Below are positions 30,545-39,200 of a DNA stretch of 64,000 nucleotides, piece after piece. Source of the DNA: an uncultured Collinsella sp. (GTDB taxonomy: Bacteria; Actinomycetota; Coriobacteriia; Coriobacteriales; Coriobacteriaceae); assembly GCA_958408685.1 (NCBI GenBank), contig CATYLC010000011.1, forward strand, positions 3,704 to 67,703. The letters are read 5' to 3'. Below the pieces are notes generated by a model that worked only from the letters and a program-made list of their open reading frames with translations, did not search any database and was not told the origin of the DNA. Within the stretch, counting starts at the first letter, position 1; the number at the start of each line of letters is the position of its first letter. Position numbers and translations under genes: made by a program.

Positions 30545-31366
30545 CTATGCCATCCCCTCGATAATCTTGGCAAGCTTTGCCGCCTGCTCGGACGCCGTCC
30601 CCTCAACGGTCTCGCACGTTTGGTCACGGTCGGGCACAAACGAGCGCACGACCTGTGTCGGCGACCCGGCAAGGCCGCAACGCGCGGGGTCGGCGTTCAC
30701 GTCGGCGGCACTGACCACGCGCACGTCCGCCTCCTCCGCCGCGCGAATACCGGCAATACTCGGCATACGCAACTGGCCAATCTCCTTGGCAGTCGTCATC
30801 GCGCACGGCATCTCAAGGTACACCGTCTCCTCGCCGGCATCGCATCCGTGAACGAGCGCCAGCGAGTCACACGTCGTAAAGCCCGCGCTTTGCACGCAGC
30901 TCACGTCGGTCACGCAGGGAATCTCAAAGGCACCGGCAAGCTCGGGACCAATCTGGGCCGTATCGCCATCCACCGCCATCTTGCCGCAGATGAGCAGGTC
31001 GAAGTCCTCGTCGAGCGCCTCGATGCCGCACTTGAGGGCGTAGGTGGTCGCCAGGGTATCGGCACCTGCAAAGGCGCGATCGGTCAGCAGCAGCGCGTCG
31101 TCGGCACCGCGGGCGATGCAGTCGCGCAGCAGCGACTCGGTCGCGGGGATGCCCATCGACACCACCGTTACGCGCACGTCCATGCCAAAGCCGATAAAGT
31201 CGTCCTTCAGCGCCAGCGCGCATTCCAAAGCGCTCGCATCAAAGGGATTAATGACCGCCTGCTTGCCATCGCGCACGATGGTATTGGTCTTGGGGTCCAT
31301 CTTGACCTCGGTGCTGCCCGGCACGGCCTTGACGCACACCACCATATGGAAATCGCTCATCTTCAC
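30545..31366 (-). CDS. etfB: Electron transfer flavoprotein beta subunit
   Basis: VCVKAVP, INPFD, AFAGADTLAT, DGDTAQIGP and GLAGSPT motifs. Confidence 0.92.
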   Translation of the reverse strand: MKMSDFHMVVCVKAVPGSTEVKMDPKTNTIVRDGKQAVINPFDASALECALALKDDFIGFGMDVRVTVVSMGIPATESLLRDCIARGADDALLLTDRAFAGADTLATTYALKCGIEALDEDFDLLICGKMAVDGDTAQIGPELAGAFEIPCVTDVSCVQSAGFTTCDSLALVHGCDAGEETVYLEMPCAMTTAKEIGQLRMPSIAGIRAAEEADVRVVSAADVNADPARCGLAGSPTQVVRSFVPDRDQTCETVEGTASEQAAKLAKIIEGMA

Positions 31367-32964
31367 GCGCCCCCTTTCTGGACAAGCTCATCCAAGAGCT
31401 TCTCCGAAAACAGGTTGCCGCGACCCAGCTGCCCGTCGGGATCGAGCTGGAGCTTGAGCCGCGCCGACTCGACCATGGCCTCGTGACCGTACATCGTCTC
31501 TAAGAAGCCCGCCTTGATCTTGCCGACGCCGTGCTCGGCAGAAACGGCACCGCCCATAGCCGTTACCTCCGCAGCCCACTGGGCAAACAGCTCGCCACCG
31601 CGACGGTAGTCCTGCGCATCGCGCGGCAGGATGTTCACATGCAGATGGTTGTTACCGATGTGCCCCCAGGCAGCAGATTCAAGCCCGCTTTCGGCCAGTG
31701 TGCGGCGATAGAGGACCACGACATCGGCAAGGCGTGCATTGGGCACCGACATGTCCGAACCCAGTTTGGTGATGGTGGGATCCGTGCGGCGACGCTCGTC
31801 GATAAGCATATTGACGCTCTCGGGGACCGCATGGCGGAAGAACCGCTGGCACTCGCGATCAACCTCGGTGCGCGCGACCCATGTCGCATCGTCGCGGCCA
31901 CCCGCAAACTCGAGCACCCATCCCAGGTGGTACAGTTCCTCGGTCGCCTGGGCCTCGTCATCGCAGTCGAGCTCCACGTACACACAGACCTTGGCCTCTT
32001 TGTCGAGCGCCGGCAGCGAGGCAAACGCCGTCGACTGCTCGCGCTGGCGACGTAGAATATCCAGGGCGCCAGCGTCGAAGTACTCGATGGCAGCCGCATG
32101 GGACAGGACGGGACGCACGGAATCGGTAAAGGACACGGCCTTGTCTTCGCTATCGAAAAAGCAGCTCACACCCCAAACGACCGCAGGCGCCGCCTGCAGG
32201 GCAATCTCGAGCTCGGTGATAACGCCGAGCGTGCCGCAAGCACCGATAAAGAGGTCGATGGCGTCCATTTCGTCCGCAACGAAATAGCCTGAGGCATTTT
32301 TTGTCTTGGGCATGGTATAGCCGGGAAGATCGAGCTCGAGCGTACGGCCCACTGCCGTCACGAGCGACAGGTGGCGGCCCTGGGCAAAAGCCTCGCCGCG
32401 CTGAAGCTCAAGCAAATCGCCATCAGCCAGCGCGACGTGGAGTCCCGTGATATGTGGGCGCATGGGACCGTAGGCGTAGCTGCGGGCACCAGAGGCGTTA
32501 CATGCCGCCATGCCGCCCAGACAGGCAGATGCCTCGGTGGGATCGGTGGGAAAGAACTGCTCGGGGGCCTCTTGGAACTCCTCGTAGGCCTCAAGCGATG
32601 CCTGGTCCCAACCAGCAGTCGGCAGCACCTTCTTGCTCAGCTGCTTGCGCAGCTCCGAGAGCACAACGCCCGGCTCCACGCGCAGCAGAAATTGGCCTTG
32701 TTCATCGCGGCGAAGGCCCAAGTAGCGATTCATACGGGAAGTATTGAGGATATGCCCGCCGTGGGGCACGGCACCGGCGGCAAGGCCGGTTCGGGCGCCC
32801 TGAACCGTTACCGGGACACGCTCGGCATGGAGCTTTTCCAAAATGGCACGGACCTCGTCTTCCGTTGTCGGAAACGAGATGCTCGAGGCCTCGCCCGATG
32901 CGCGAGACTCATCGCGACCATACTCTTCGAACTCGTCGGTGAAGGGTTTGATGGTTGCAGACAC
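31363..32964 (-). CDS. FAD-binding oxidoreductase (GlcD/LctD/D-2-hydroxyacid dehydrogenase family)
   Basis: GARTGLAAGA, PTDP, GGMAACNASG, GTLGVIT, GHIGNNHLH and SAEHGVG motifs. Confidence 0.88.
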   Translation of the reverse strand: MSATIKPFTDEFEEYGRDESRASGEASSISFPTTEDEVRAILEKLHAERVPVTVQGARTGLAAGAVPHGGHILNTSRMNRYLGLRRDEQGQFLLRVEPGVVLSELRKQLSKKVLPTAGWDQASLEAYEEFQEAPEQFFPTDPTEASACLGGMAACNASGARSYAYGPMRPHITGLHVALADGDLLELQRGEAFAQGRHLSLVTAVGRTLELDLPGYTMPKTKNASGYFVADEMDAIDLFIGACGTLGVITELEIALQAAPAVVWGVSCFFDSEDKAVSFTDSVRPVLSHAAAIEYFDAGALDILRRQREQSTAFASLPALDKEAKVCVYVELDCDDEAQATEELYHLGWVLEFAGGRDDATWVARTEVDRECQRFFRHAVPESVNMLIDERRRTDPTITKLGSDMSVPNARLADVVVLYRRTLAESGLESAAWGHIGNNHLHVNILPRDAQDYRRGGELFAQWAAEVTAMGGAVSAEHGVGKIKAGFLETMYGHEAMVESARLKLQLDPDGQLGRGNLFSEKLLDELVQKGGA

Positions 32965-33310
32965 GCGAACTCCCCCTTTAGCTAACTACAGTGTTTGCAG
33001 GGAGATGTTATCGCATCGTTTCGTCGACGTGTTCGAGACCGTCTCCATAATTGGCGATTTTTACGTTCGTGCAATTCGGCGAGCGGCTTGATTTCCTCGG
33101 CAGACGATGCTTTTGACACATATGGCCCCGCCGTCGCCGACCGCGCGATTGTCGCTTGAAAAAAGTTGGAGTATTTTTTGCCGCCTTTTACCTGCGGAGA
33201 CACCAATCCGTCAAGCATTTGGTCAGCAATTGGTCAAGTAGTGGCTGATACCGTCGGCATCGACAGCCAAAACCGACAGAAGTTTTGGCCCCAGAAGCAG
33301 GGAGGTTCCC

Positions 33311-33607
33311 ATGGCATATTACTGGCCCCAGTACGGCATCGCCATCGAAGTCGACGACGATCCCCATCTCCTGCCTTTCGACGAAGAGGCATTCCCCGAT
33401 ACGACGGTCTACCACGTTACCACCGATGTGATCTGCGACCCCGAGTCGTTCTCGGCGCTCGCCCACCGCATCGCGCATATCCACGACATCGAGCTCCCTC
33501 CCGACTTCGACGAGCTTGTCTACTCACGCCGCCTGATGCTTCACATGCTCTTTGGAGCGAACCCGTCCACCTTTGCGCGCATCTATACCGCCAAGGATGC
33601 CGCATGA
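33311..33607 (+). CDS. Small hypothetical protein resembling a truncated DUF559-like domain
   Basis: GGAGG RBS; YYWPQYGIAIEVD resembles the DUF559 (D)xxWPxxxxAIEVDG strand; ATGA overlap with the next gene. Confidence 0.55.
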   Translation: MAYYWPQYGIAIEVDDDPHLLPFDEEAFPDTTVYHVTTDVICDPESFSALAHRIAHIHDIELPPDFDELVYSRRLMLHMLFGANPSTFARIYTAKDAA

Positions 33608-34113
33608 GCGCGAAGAAGCCACCCCACTTTGCAGGCCCGGGTCGTCGCAAGAAGCTCATCGTTGCCTGCTTGGCCATCGTCTGTGCCCTTGTCGCCGTAG
33701 GACTATACGCTTGGCAGTCGCAGCCCGTACCCGAGGCGGGCGCTTCGGTTACGACGGCCGAGGGCAAAACGCGTCAGGAAATCCAAGATGAGCTCGACGC
33801 CATCGTCCGCGACAACATGATGACGATTTCGGTCGCACCGGTCGCTCAGCTGCAGGAGGACGGCAAGCTGCGCGTCAACGTGCAAAACGTCCAAGACAAT
33901 AAATTTCCCCAGCGATTCCGCGTCATCCAAAACGACGAGACCATGTACGAATCCGGTGTGGTCGAGACCGGCAAGACAATCGAGACGTGCCCCGCCGGCG
34001 ACATCAAAGAAGGCGAGGCGTACATCGAGATCCAGGCACTCGATGCCAAGACCCTCGACAGCCACGGCAATCCGACACGTGTCAAGGTACGGGTTGAGCA
34101 AGCCGAGAACTAG
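33604..34113 (+). CDS. Membrane-anchored exported hypothetical protein
   Basis: Basic N-terminus, one TM helix, then a beta-rich domain (GKTRQEIQDELD..., YESG); ATG at 33604. Confidence 0.75.
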   Translation: MSAKKPPHFAGPGRRKKLIVACLAIVCALVAVGLYAWQSQPVPEAGASVTTAEGKTRQEIQDELDAIVRDNMMTISVAPVAQLQEDGKLRVNVQNVQDNKFPQRFRVIQNDETMYESGVVETGKTIETCPAGDIKEGEAYIEIQALDAKTLDSHGNPTRVKVRVEQAEN

Positions 34114-34202
34114 CTTTCCGGCCGACGCGGCACCGCACGCAATTCACCAGCATTCGTCCAATCATCGCGGGGACAGCCCGCGGCGAATAGAAAGGAACGA
34201 CC

Positions 34203-34802
34203 ATGAACATCACCAGGAACATGAACGGAGCCAGAGCGCTCGTCGTGGGCGCAGGGCTCGCGCTCGCACTCGCAATGGGCGCCGCCCCGACGCCAGCTAT
34301 GGCAGCCGGGCGCGTTGGGACCACGAAGGTAATGGTCAGGACCGAGATCGACAACGTTGAGTTCAAAGTTCCGACGGTTATTCCCTTCGTCGCCAAGGCC
34401 GACGGCACGCTTCAGGGCCCCTCAGAAGACGCGACCACCATCGACAATCATTCGGCCTACGGCATCCATGTCACCAACATGAAGATCGACGCCATGAACA
34501 CCTGGACCATTGCCGCCGACGCCAAGGCCGGAACCGCGCAGAACTCCATCGACTTTAAGGTCGGCCCCGACGGCGCGCTCCAGAACGCCAGCGCCGCAAT
34601 GCAGGGAACGGGCCTCGATCTTTCCAAGAATGCAGCCTTCGACATGGGCTACCAGGGCATTGCCGGTGGCACGGACAAAATTAAGCTCAAGACAAGCGGA
34701 AACGTCGCCCGCGTCACGCGCGACATCTTCCGCGTAACCGGCGAAGGCGATCAGGTTGCAACGATCACCTGGACGGTCGAGCCCGGTGCGCACACGGCAT
34801 AA
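34203..34802 (+). CDS. Secreted hypothetical protein (beta-rich, WxL/pilin-like character)
   Basis: GAAAGGA RBS; signal peptide ending PAMA; terminal strand VATITWTVE. Confidence 0.75.
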   Translation: MNITRNMNGARALVVGAGLALALAMGAAPTPAMAAGRVGTTKVMVRTEIDNVEFKVPTVIPFVAKADGTLQGPSEDATTIDNHSAYGIHVTNMKIDAMNTWTIAADAKAGTAQNSIDFKVGPDGALQNASAAMQGTGLDLSKNAAFDMGYQGIAGGTDKIKLKTSGNVARVTRDIFRVTGEGDQVATITWTVEPGAHTA

Positions 34803-35067
34803 GGCCGTCGCCCTGGCCGCCGCCGTCAGCATCCTAGCGTTTGGGCCAGCCATGGCCTTTGCCCAGCAAGAACAGGCGCAGGCCGCCACGCAAGTGACGG
34901 TCGACCTCTCGGAGCTCGACCGCAGCGACCGCGAGGAACCGTTGGCGCAGACAGGCGACAAACGATGGCTCTTGGCAGCAGGCGCCGCAGCAGCAGGCGC
35001 GGGAACCGCCGGCCTCGGTCTGCACATCAAACACAGCCAGAAACAAAACATGAACAGGCCGCACTAA
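34786..35067 (+). CDS. Small secreted protein with sortase-type LAQTG anchor
   Basis: GTG start inferred; signal peptide ending AFA; LAQTG, hydrophobic stretch and basic tail. Confidence 0.6.
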   Translation: MRTRHKAVALAAAVSILAFGPAMAFAQQEQAQAATQVTVDLSELDRSDREEPLAQTGDKRWLLAAGAAAAGAGTAGLGLHIKHSQKQNMNRPH

Positions 35068-35085
35068 ATTAGCTAAGGAGACCCC

Positions 35086-36516
35086 ATGGCATCGAAGAAC
35101 CTTTTGCCCGTCGTCGCACTCTGCGGCGCGCTCGCAACCGGAACGCCTGTCGCCGCTTGGGCGACTCCTGTCATGGCAGACTCCTTACCAGCGGCCCTAA
35201 GCTCCGCACCAAATCCGTCGAGCGCCATTGCGTGCAAGCGTTTTTCGATCGCACAGGCCGCAATCTCAACCTCGGGATGCCTTCGTCGTAATACGGGCGG
35301 CTCGATAGTCGTGGATATCAATCGTTCGAACAAGGCAAACGGCTCCCAGGCGGGGTGCGCCGTCTGCACGTGGCGCTCGGTTGTGCTCGATGCAGATGGC
35401 GATCCATGCAATTTAGAGCTGCGCATCGACATCGCTTCGGTCGATGACTCGGCGAACGGAGCGAAGGTCGCCTTCGACGGTACGTTTTTTGAGAAAGGAG
35501 GCGGTATATGTCTGGGCTGCGCCGCCGCGAATGCAGACGACACGCAGCCCACCCTCTCATTCACGGCATCGTTGCGGCTGACCAAAGCCGGTACCGATGC
35601 CATCGCGGCGGGAGAAGCGTCCCTGCTGTTCTACGCCGTCAGTACCAAAGACACAGACGCTCATTTCGAGAAGCCAGCCGGATCACTCAGCCTTACACGA
35701 GGGATAGAGGCAGGCCCTATTGAAATCGATGCCCGCGCGCAAAGCAGGCAACGCATTCTTGCCGACCCGGCGCTTCTCGAAATGGAGTGGAACGGATCCG
35801 GAGCCATCGGAATTCTCCCCTCCGCGTTTGACGCCAAGACGCTCCCCCCAAACGACGAACCCATCAACGCAACCATACAAGAAGAGAGCGCGGACAAAGA
35901 AGCAGGTGCGGGCGACACGCTGTCGCCGACAAACAGCGTCCCAGCTTCTTTCGAAGCGCCGAATGAGCCCGCTGCCGATCCAAACGATCCCGAGTTCGCG
36001 GACAGTCTGGGGCTTGCTGATCCTCAAGAGATCGATGAAGGTAACTGCTGCGTGCTTGCCGCGCTCGACCACACGGAGGTCATCGACGCTGCGAACATCG
36101 AAGTTGCCGCCGCCAATCAGCCCGTCCGCAAGTCGGCTATCATCGCATTTCCTGAATCCATCGAAGTCGTCTTTTTGCCATCGGGCGAGGTCGTGGCCCC
36201 AACACTGCTCACCTTGTTGGGCGCCAAGAATACTCGAAACGAAATTAAAAAGGTCACGGTTGTCGACCCTGCAACCACCGCCAAGCTGCGTCTATACGCC
36301 GTTGCTCCAGACGGAGGCAAGACCTTGGAATTCGATGGTGACACACTCCTAGCTTGGCGACGTCTGGACATTATGCAAGACGTCTCGTATCAGATCGAAC
36401 TCGAAGGGTTTGATCGTGCCCGCGATGCCAATATCATCGCCGCGGCTATTGAATCCCCGCAGCGGCTTATGACACTGCGCTTTGAATACTATCCCTATGT
36501 CCCGACAACCACCTGA
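35086..36516 (+). CDS. Large secreted hypothetical protein
   Basis: AAGGAG RBS; signal peptide ending AWA; Cys-containing N-domain, acidic linker and C-domain. Confidence 0.65.
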   Translation: MASKNLLPVVALCGALATGTPVAAWATPVMADSLPAALSSAPNPSSAIACKRFSIAQAAISTSGCLRRNTGGSIVVDINRSNKANGSQAGCAVCTWRSVVLDADGDPCNLELRIDIASVDDSANGAKVAFDGTFFEKGGGICLGCAAANADDTQPTLSFTASLRLTKAGTDAIAAGEASLLFYAVSTKDTDAHFEKPAGSLSLTRGIEAGPIEIDARAQSRQRILADPALLEMEWNGSGAIGILPSAFDAKTLPPNDEPINATIQEESADKEAGAGDTLSPTNSVPASFEAPNEPAADPNDPEFADSLGLADPQEIDEGNCCVLAALDHTEVIDAANIEVAAANQPVRKSAIIAFPESIEVVFLPSGEVVAPTLLTLLGAKNTRNEIKKVTVVDPATTAKLRLYAVAPDGGKTLEFDGDTLLAWRRLDIMQDVSYQIELEGFDRARDANIIAAAIESPQRLMTLRFEYYPYVPTTT

Positions 36517-36634
36517 GGCTTAAATGCTGCACATCATTCCTAACACCACTTATATAACGTATTAGATGAGTCGCGATGTGCCTCGCATTTCGTTCTGCTA
36601 CGATTGCCACGTTGGCATCAATACAGGAGGGCTC

Positions 36635-37351
36635 ATGCCGGGCTTGGGAACAATCATCAACGTTGTGCTTTTAGTTGCGGGCGGTCTTTTGGGATTAGCG
36701 GGCGGCCGCTTCATCACACCGCGCATCCAAGACACGCTCATGAAAGCATCGGGGCTGTGCGTCCTGTTTATCGGCCTTGGCGGCACCATGCAAAAGATGC
36801 TCCTTATCGATGGGAAGGCGCTAGCGACCACCGGCACCACCATGCTCATCGTCTCATTTGCGCTCGGTTCGCTCATCGGCGAGGCCGTCAACTTGGAAGC
36901 CGCCATCGAGAACCTTGGCGAATGGCTCAAGCGAAAAACCGGCAGCGAGGGTGACAACGAGTTCACCAACGCCTTTGTCTCGACATCGCTCACGGTGTGC
37001 ATCGGCGCCATGGCCATCGTGGGCTCGATTCAGGACGGTCTGCTCGGTGACTGGTCAACGCTTGCCTTGAAAGGCGCATTGGACTGCATCATCGTCTGCA
37101 CCATGACGGCGTCGCTTGGCCGCGGCTGCATTTTCTCCGCCCTGCCCGTCGCCGTGTTCCAGGGGACGATCACGTTGTTTGCCGGCGCGCTCTCCCCCAT
37201 CATGACCACGGCAGCCCTCGACAGCCTTTCGCTCGTAGGCTCCATGCTCATCTTCTGCGTCGGCGTCAACCTCATCCGTCCTCAGACCTTCCGCACGGCC
37301 AATATGCTCCCCTCCGTCGTCATCGCCGTCATCTACGCCCTCCTGTTCTAA
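36635..37351 (+). CDS. DUF554 (YdfK-like) membrane protein
   Basis: GTIIN, CIGAMAIVGSIQDG, KGALD and ANMLPS motifs. Confidence 0.88.
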   Translation: MPGLGTIINVVLLVAGGLLGLAGGRFITPRIQDTLMKASGLCVLFIGLGGTMQKMLLIDGKALATTGTTMLIVSFALGSLIGEAVNLEAAIENLGEWLKRKTGSEGDNEFTNAFVSTSLTVCIGAMAIVGSIQDGLLGDWSTLALKGALDCIIVCTMTASLGRGCIFSALPVAVFQGTITLFAGALSPIMTTAALDSLSLVGSMLIFCVGVNLIRPQTFRTANMLPSVVIAVIYALLF

Positions 37352-37372
37352 ATCTATCAACGCAGCGGTATC

Positions 37373-37402
37373 TCGAACATCTGTTTGATGCTGTGCTATG
37401 AT
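37373..37402 (+). promoter_or_regulatory. LexA (SOS) box overlapping the promoter of the TerB/ATPase/helicase operon
   Basis: TCGAAC-ATCT-GTTTGA (one mismatch to TCGAAC-N4-GTTCGA), followed by extended -10 TGCTATGAT at 37394-37402. Confidence 0.6.
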
Positions 37403-37439
37403 ATGAGGTCACCGTAGCTGCGTTAGGAGAGGAGAAGCG

Positions 37440-39200
37440 GTGGCCGACCAGGACATCAAGATGCTCATCGAGCGCATTATGGCCGAGGCCCGGACCCATC
37501 AGTCCACCCGCTTCTCAAACGAAATCTACGCAGACGAGCCGATTCTCAAAACCGGCCGACAGATGCAGAATTTCCTCCCCGACCAGTACCGTAAAATGCG
37601 CGAGATATCGCGCTGGCAGGATGACCCCAAGGGCGGTGCGGGCCGCTGGCTTTCGGAAGCCGAGCTTTTTTACCGCCAGGGCCTGCTGATGGCCGACTTT
37701 GAGGACGACTGTCCCTACAACGGCACCTTTAAGTCGTACTTTCCCACCTACAACGCCATGAGCGACCGACAGCTGCGCGGCTACTTTACCTGGCGCGCCC
37801 AAGTGCGCCGCGGGACCGTCGAGGAAACGTCTACGTCCTTTGCCTTTCTGTATCTCTATGAGCTGATTTGCGGCATCGGCGTAGATAATCCGCTCGATGG
37901 TTTTAACAAGATCAAGGCCTTTTGGGATGCCTACCGCGCCTTTGAGCCCGGCATCGACCGGTTTGCACGCGTGTGGTTGCAGGACTACGCCGTGTTCCAC
38001 GGGCTCGACCCCAAGCTGCTTCGTGATTCTAAAACCGTCATGTTCGATAACGCCCTTATCGAGCTGCGGCGCGCGGCACGAGACCTTGTACCGGCACCGG
38101 CACCGTCCGACCAGACCCCCAAACGTCGCAAAACCTCCGAGCCCACGCTCCCCCTTCCGCCCGATGAGGTGCGCGAGGAGCGACTCATGGCCGCCATCAA
38201 CGCCCTCTCCACGTACAACCTAAGTAACTCGCGGCTCGACCGCAGCCACCACCGCGATCTGCGCCACGTGGCATGCGCCGTGTATGTCCGCATGTCGCGC
38301 TACTATGACACGCACCGAAAGACCGGCATCGTAGCGAGCTTGTTTGGGGAGGAGACGGCCATGCCCTACACCATGTTTGCCTCGGCCGTATTCTTTGCGC
38401 CCGAGCGCCACGAGGACTGCGAATACCGCCTGGATCCCATCCATATCTACCGTTGCCAAAACGGCTTTTGGGAATGTATGCGTATCCATGGTAGTAGGCA
38501 AAAGAGCAGCAAGCTCGGTGAAATGATGCGCGCCTGCGACCAACGCCTGCGCCTGGCGCTGGACCCCGCCCATCCCCTTAAGGAAGAAAAGGTCCCCAAA
38601 TATCTGGCCAAGATTATCGATGACGAGATTGTGGCATGGCTTTCGTGGGACGCCGCACACCAGCCCGTCAAGATCGATATCGACCTGACTCAGCTGGGGC
38701 ACATTCGGAGCGCCGCTGCGCAAACGCGCGAAGCACTTTTAATCGACGAAGAGCGCGAGGACGATGTGCCCACAGAGGTCGATACGGCGGAATCCGAGCA
38801 ACCGGAAGCCAAGCCTGCGACCGACGTGATGGCCGAGCCGATCGCGGCGCCTACGGAGCGCAACAAAGCCGACGAGCCAACCATTTCCACCGAACAGTTT
38901 GGCGTCGTGGCACCGCTCCTCGCACCGACGCCAGCGGTCGTATCGACTGCACCCGCTGGCACCGCAACCGAACTCGCGCCCGCCGCAGATGCCTTCCTTC
39001 GCGCGCTGCTCGAGCAAAACGCAGCGCAAGCGACATTGGCGGTAGTGCAATCGGAGCAGAGCGAGGACATGCTCGTCGACAGCATCAACGAGGCGCTCTT
39101 TGACCTGGTGGGCGACACCGTTATTGAATTTGGCTCAGCAGGACCGCAAATTATTGAGGACTACGAAGCAGACGTGAGAGGATACCTAGACCATGAGTGA
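37440..39200 (+). CDS. sngA: TerB_N/TerB_C domain protein (Shango SngA-like)
   Basis: YFPTYNAMSDRQLRGYFTWR and AFLYLYELI (TerB_N); LVDSINEALFDLVGDTVIE (TerB_C); operon context. Confidence 0.75.
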   Translation: MADQDIKMLIERIMAEARTHQSTRFSNEIYADEPILKTGRQMQNFLPDQYRKMREISRWQDDPKGGAGRWLSEAELFYRQGLLMADFEDDCPYNGTFKSYFPTYNAMSDRQLRGYFTWRAQVRRGTVEETSTSFAFLYLYELICGIGVDNPLDGFNKIKAFWDAYRAFEPGIDRFARVWLQDYAVFHGLDPKLLRDSKTVMFDNALIELRRAARDLVPAPAPSDQTPKRRKTSEPTLPLPPDEVREERLMAAINALSTYNLSNSRLDRSHHRDLRHVACAVYVRMSRYYDTHRKTGIVASLFGEETAMPYTMFASAVFFAPERHEDCEYRLDPIHIYRCQNGFWECMRIHGSRQKSSKLGEMMRACDQRLRLALDPAHPLKEEKVPKYLAKIIDDEIVAWLSWDAAHQPVKIDIDLTQLGHIRSAAAQTREALLIDEEREDDVPTEVDTAESEQPEAKPATDVMAEPIAAPTERNKADEPTISTEQFGVVAPLLAPTPAVVSTAPAGTATELAPAADAFLRALLEQNAAQATLAVVQSEQSEDMLVDSINEALFDLVGDTVIEFGSAGPQIIEDYEADVRGYLDHE

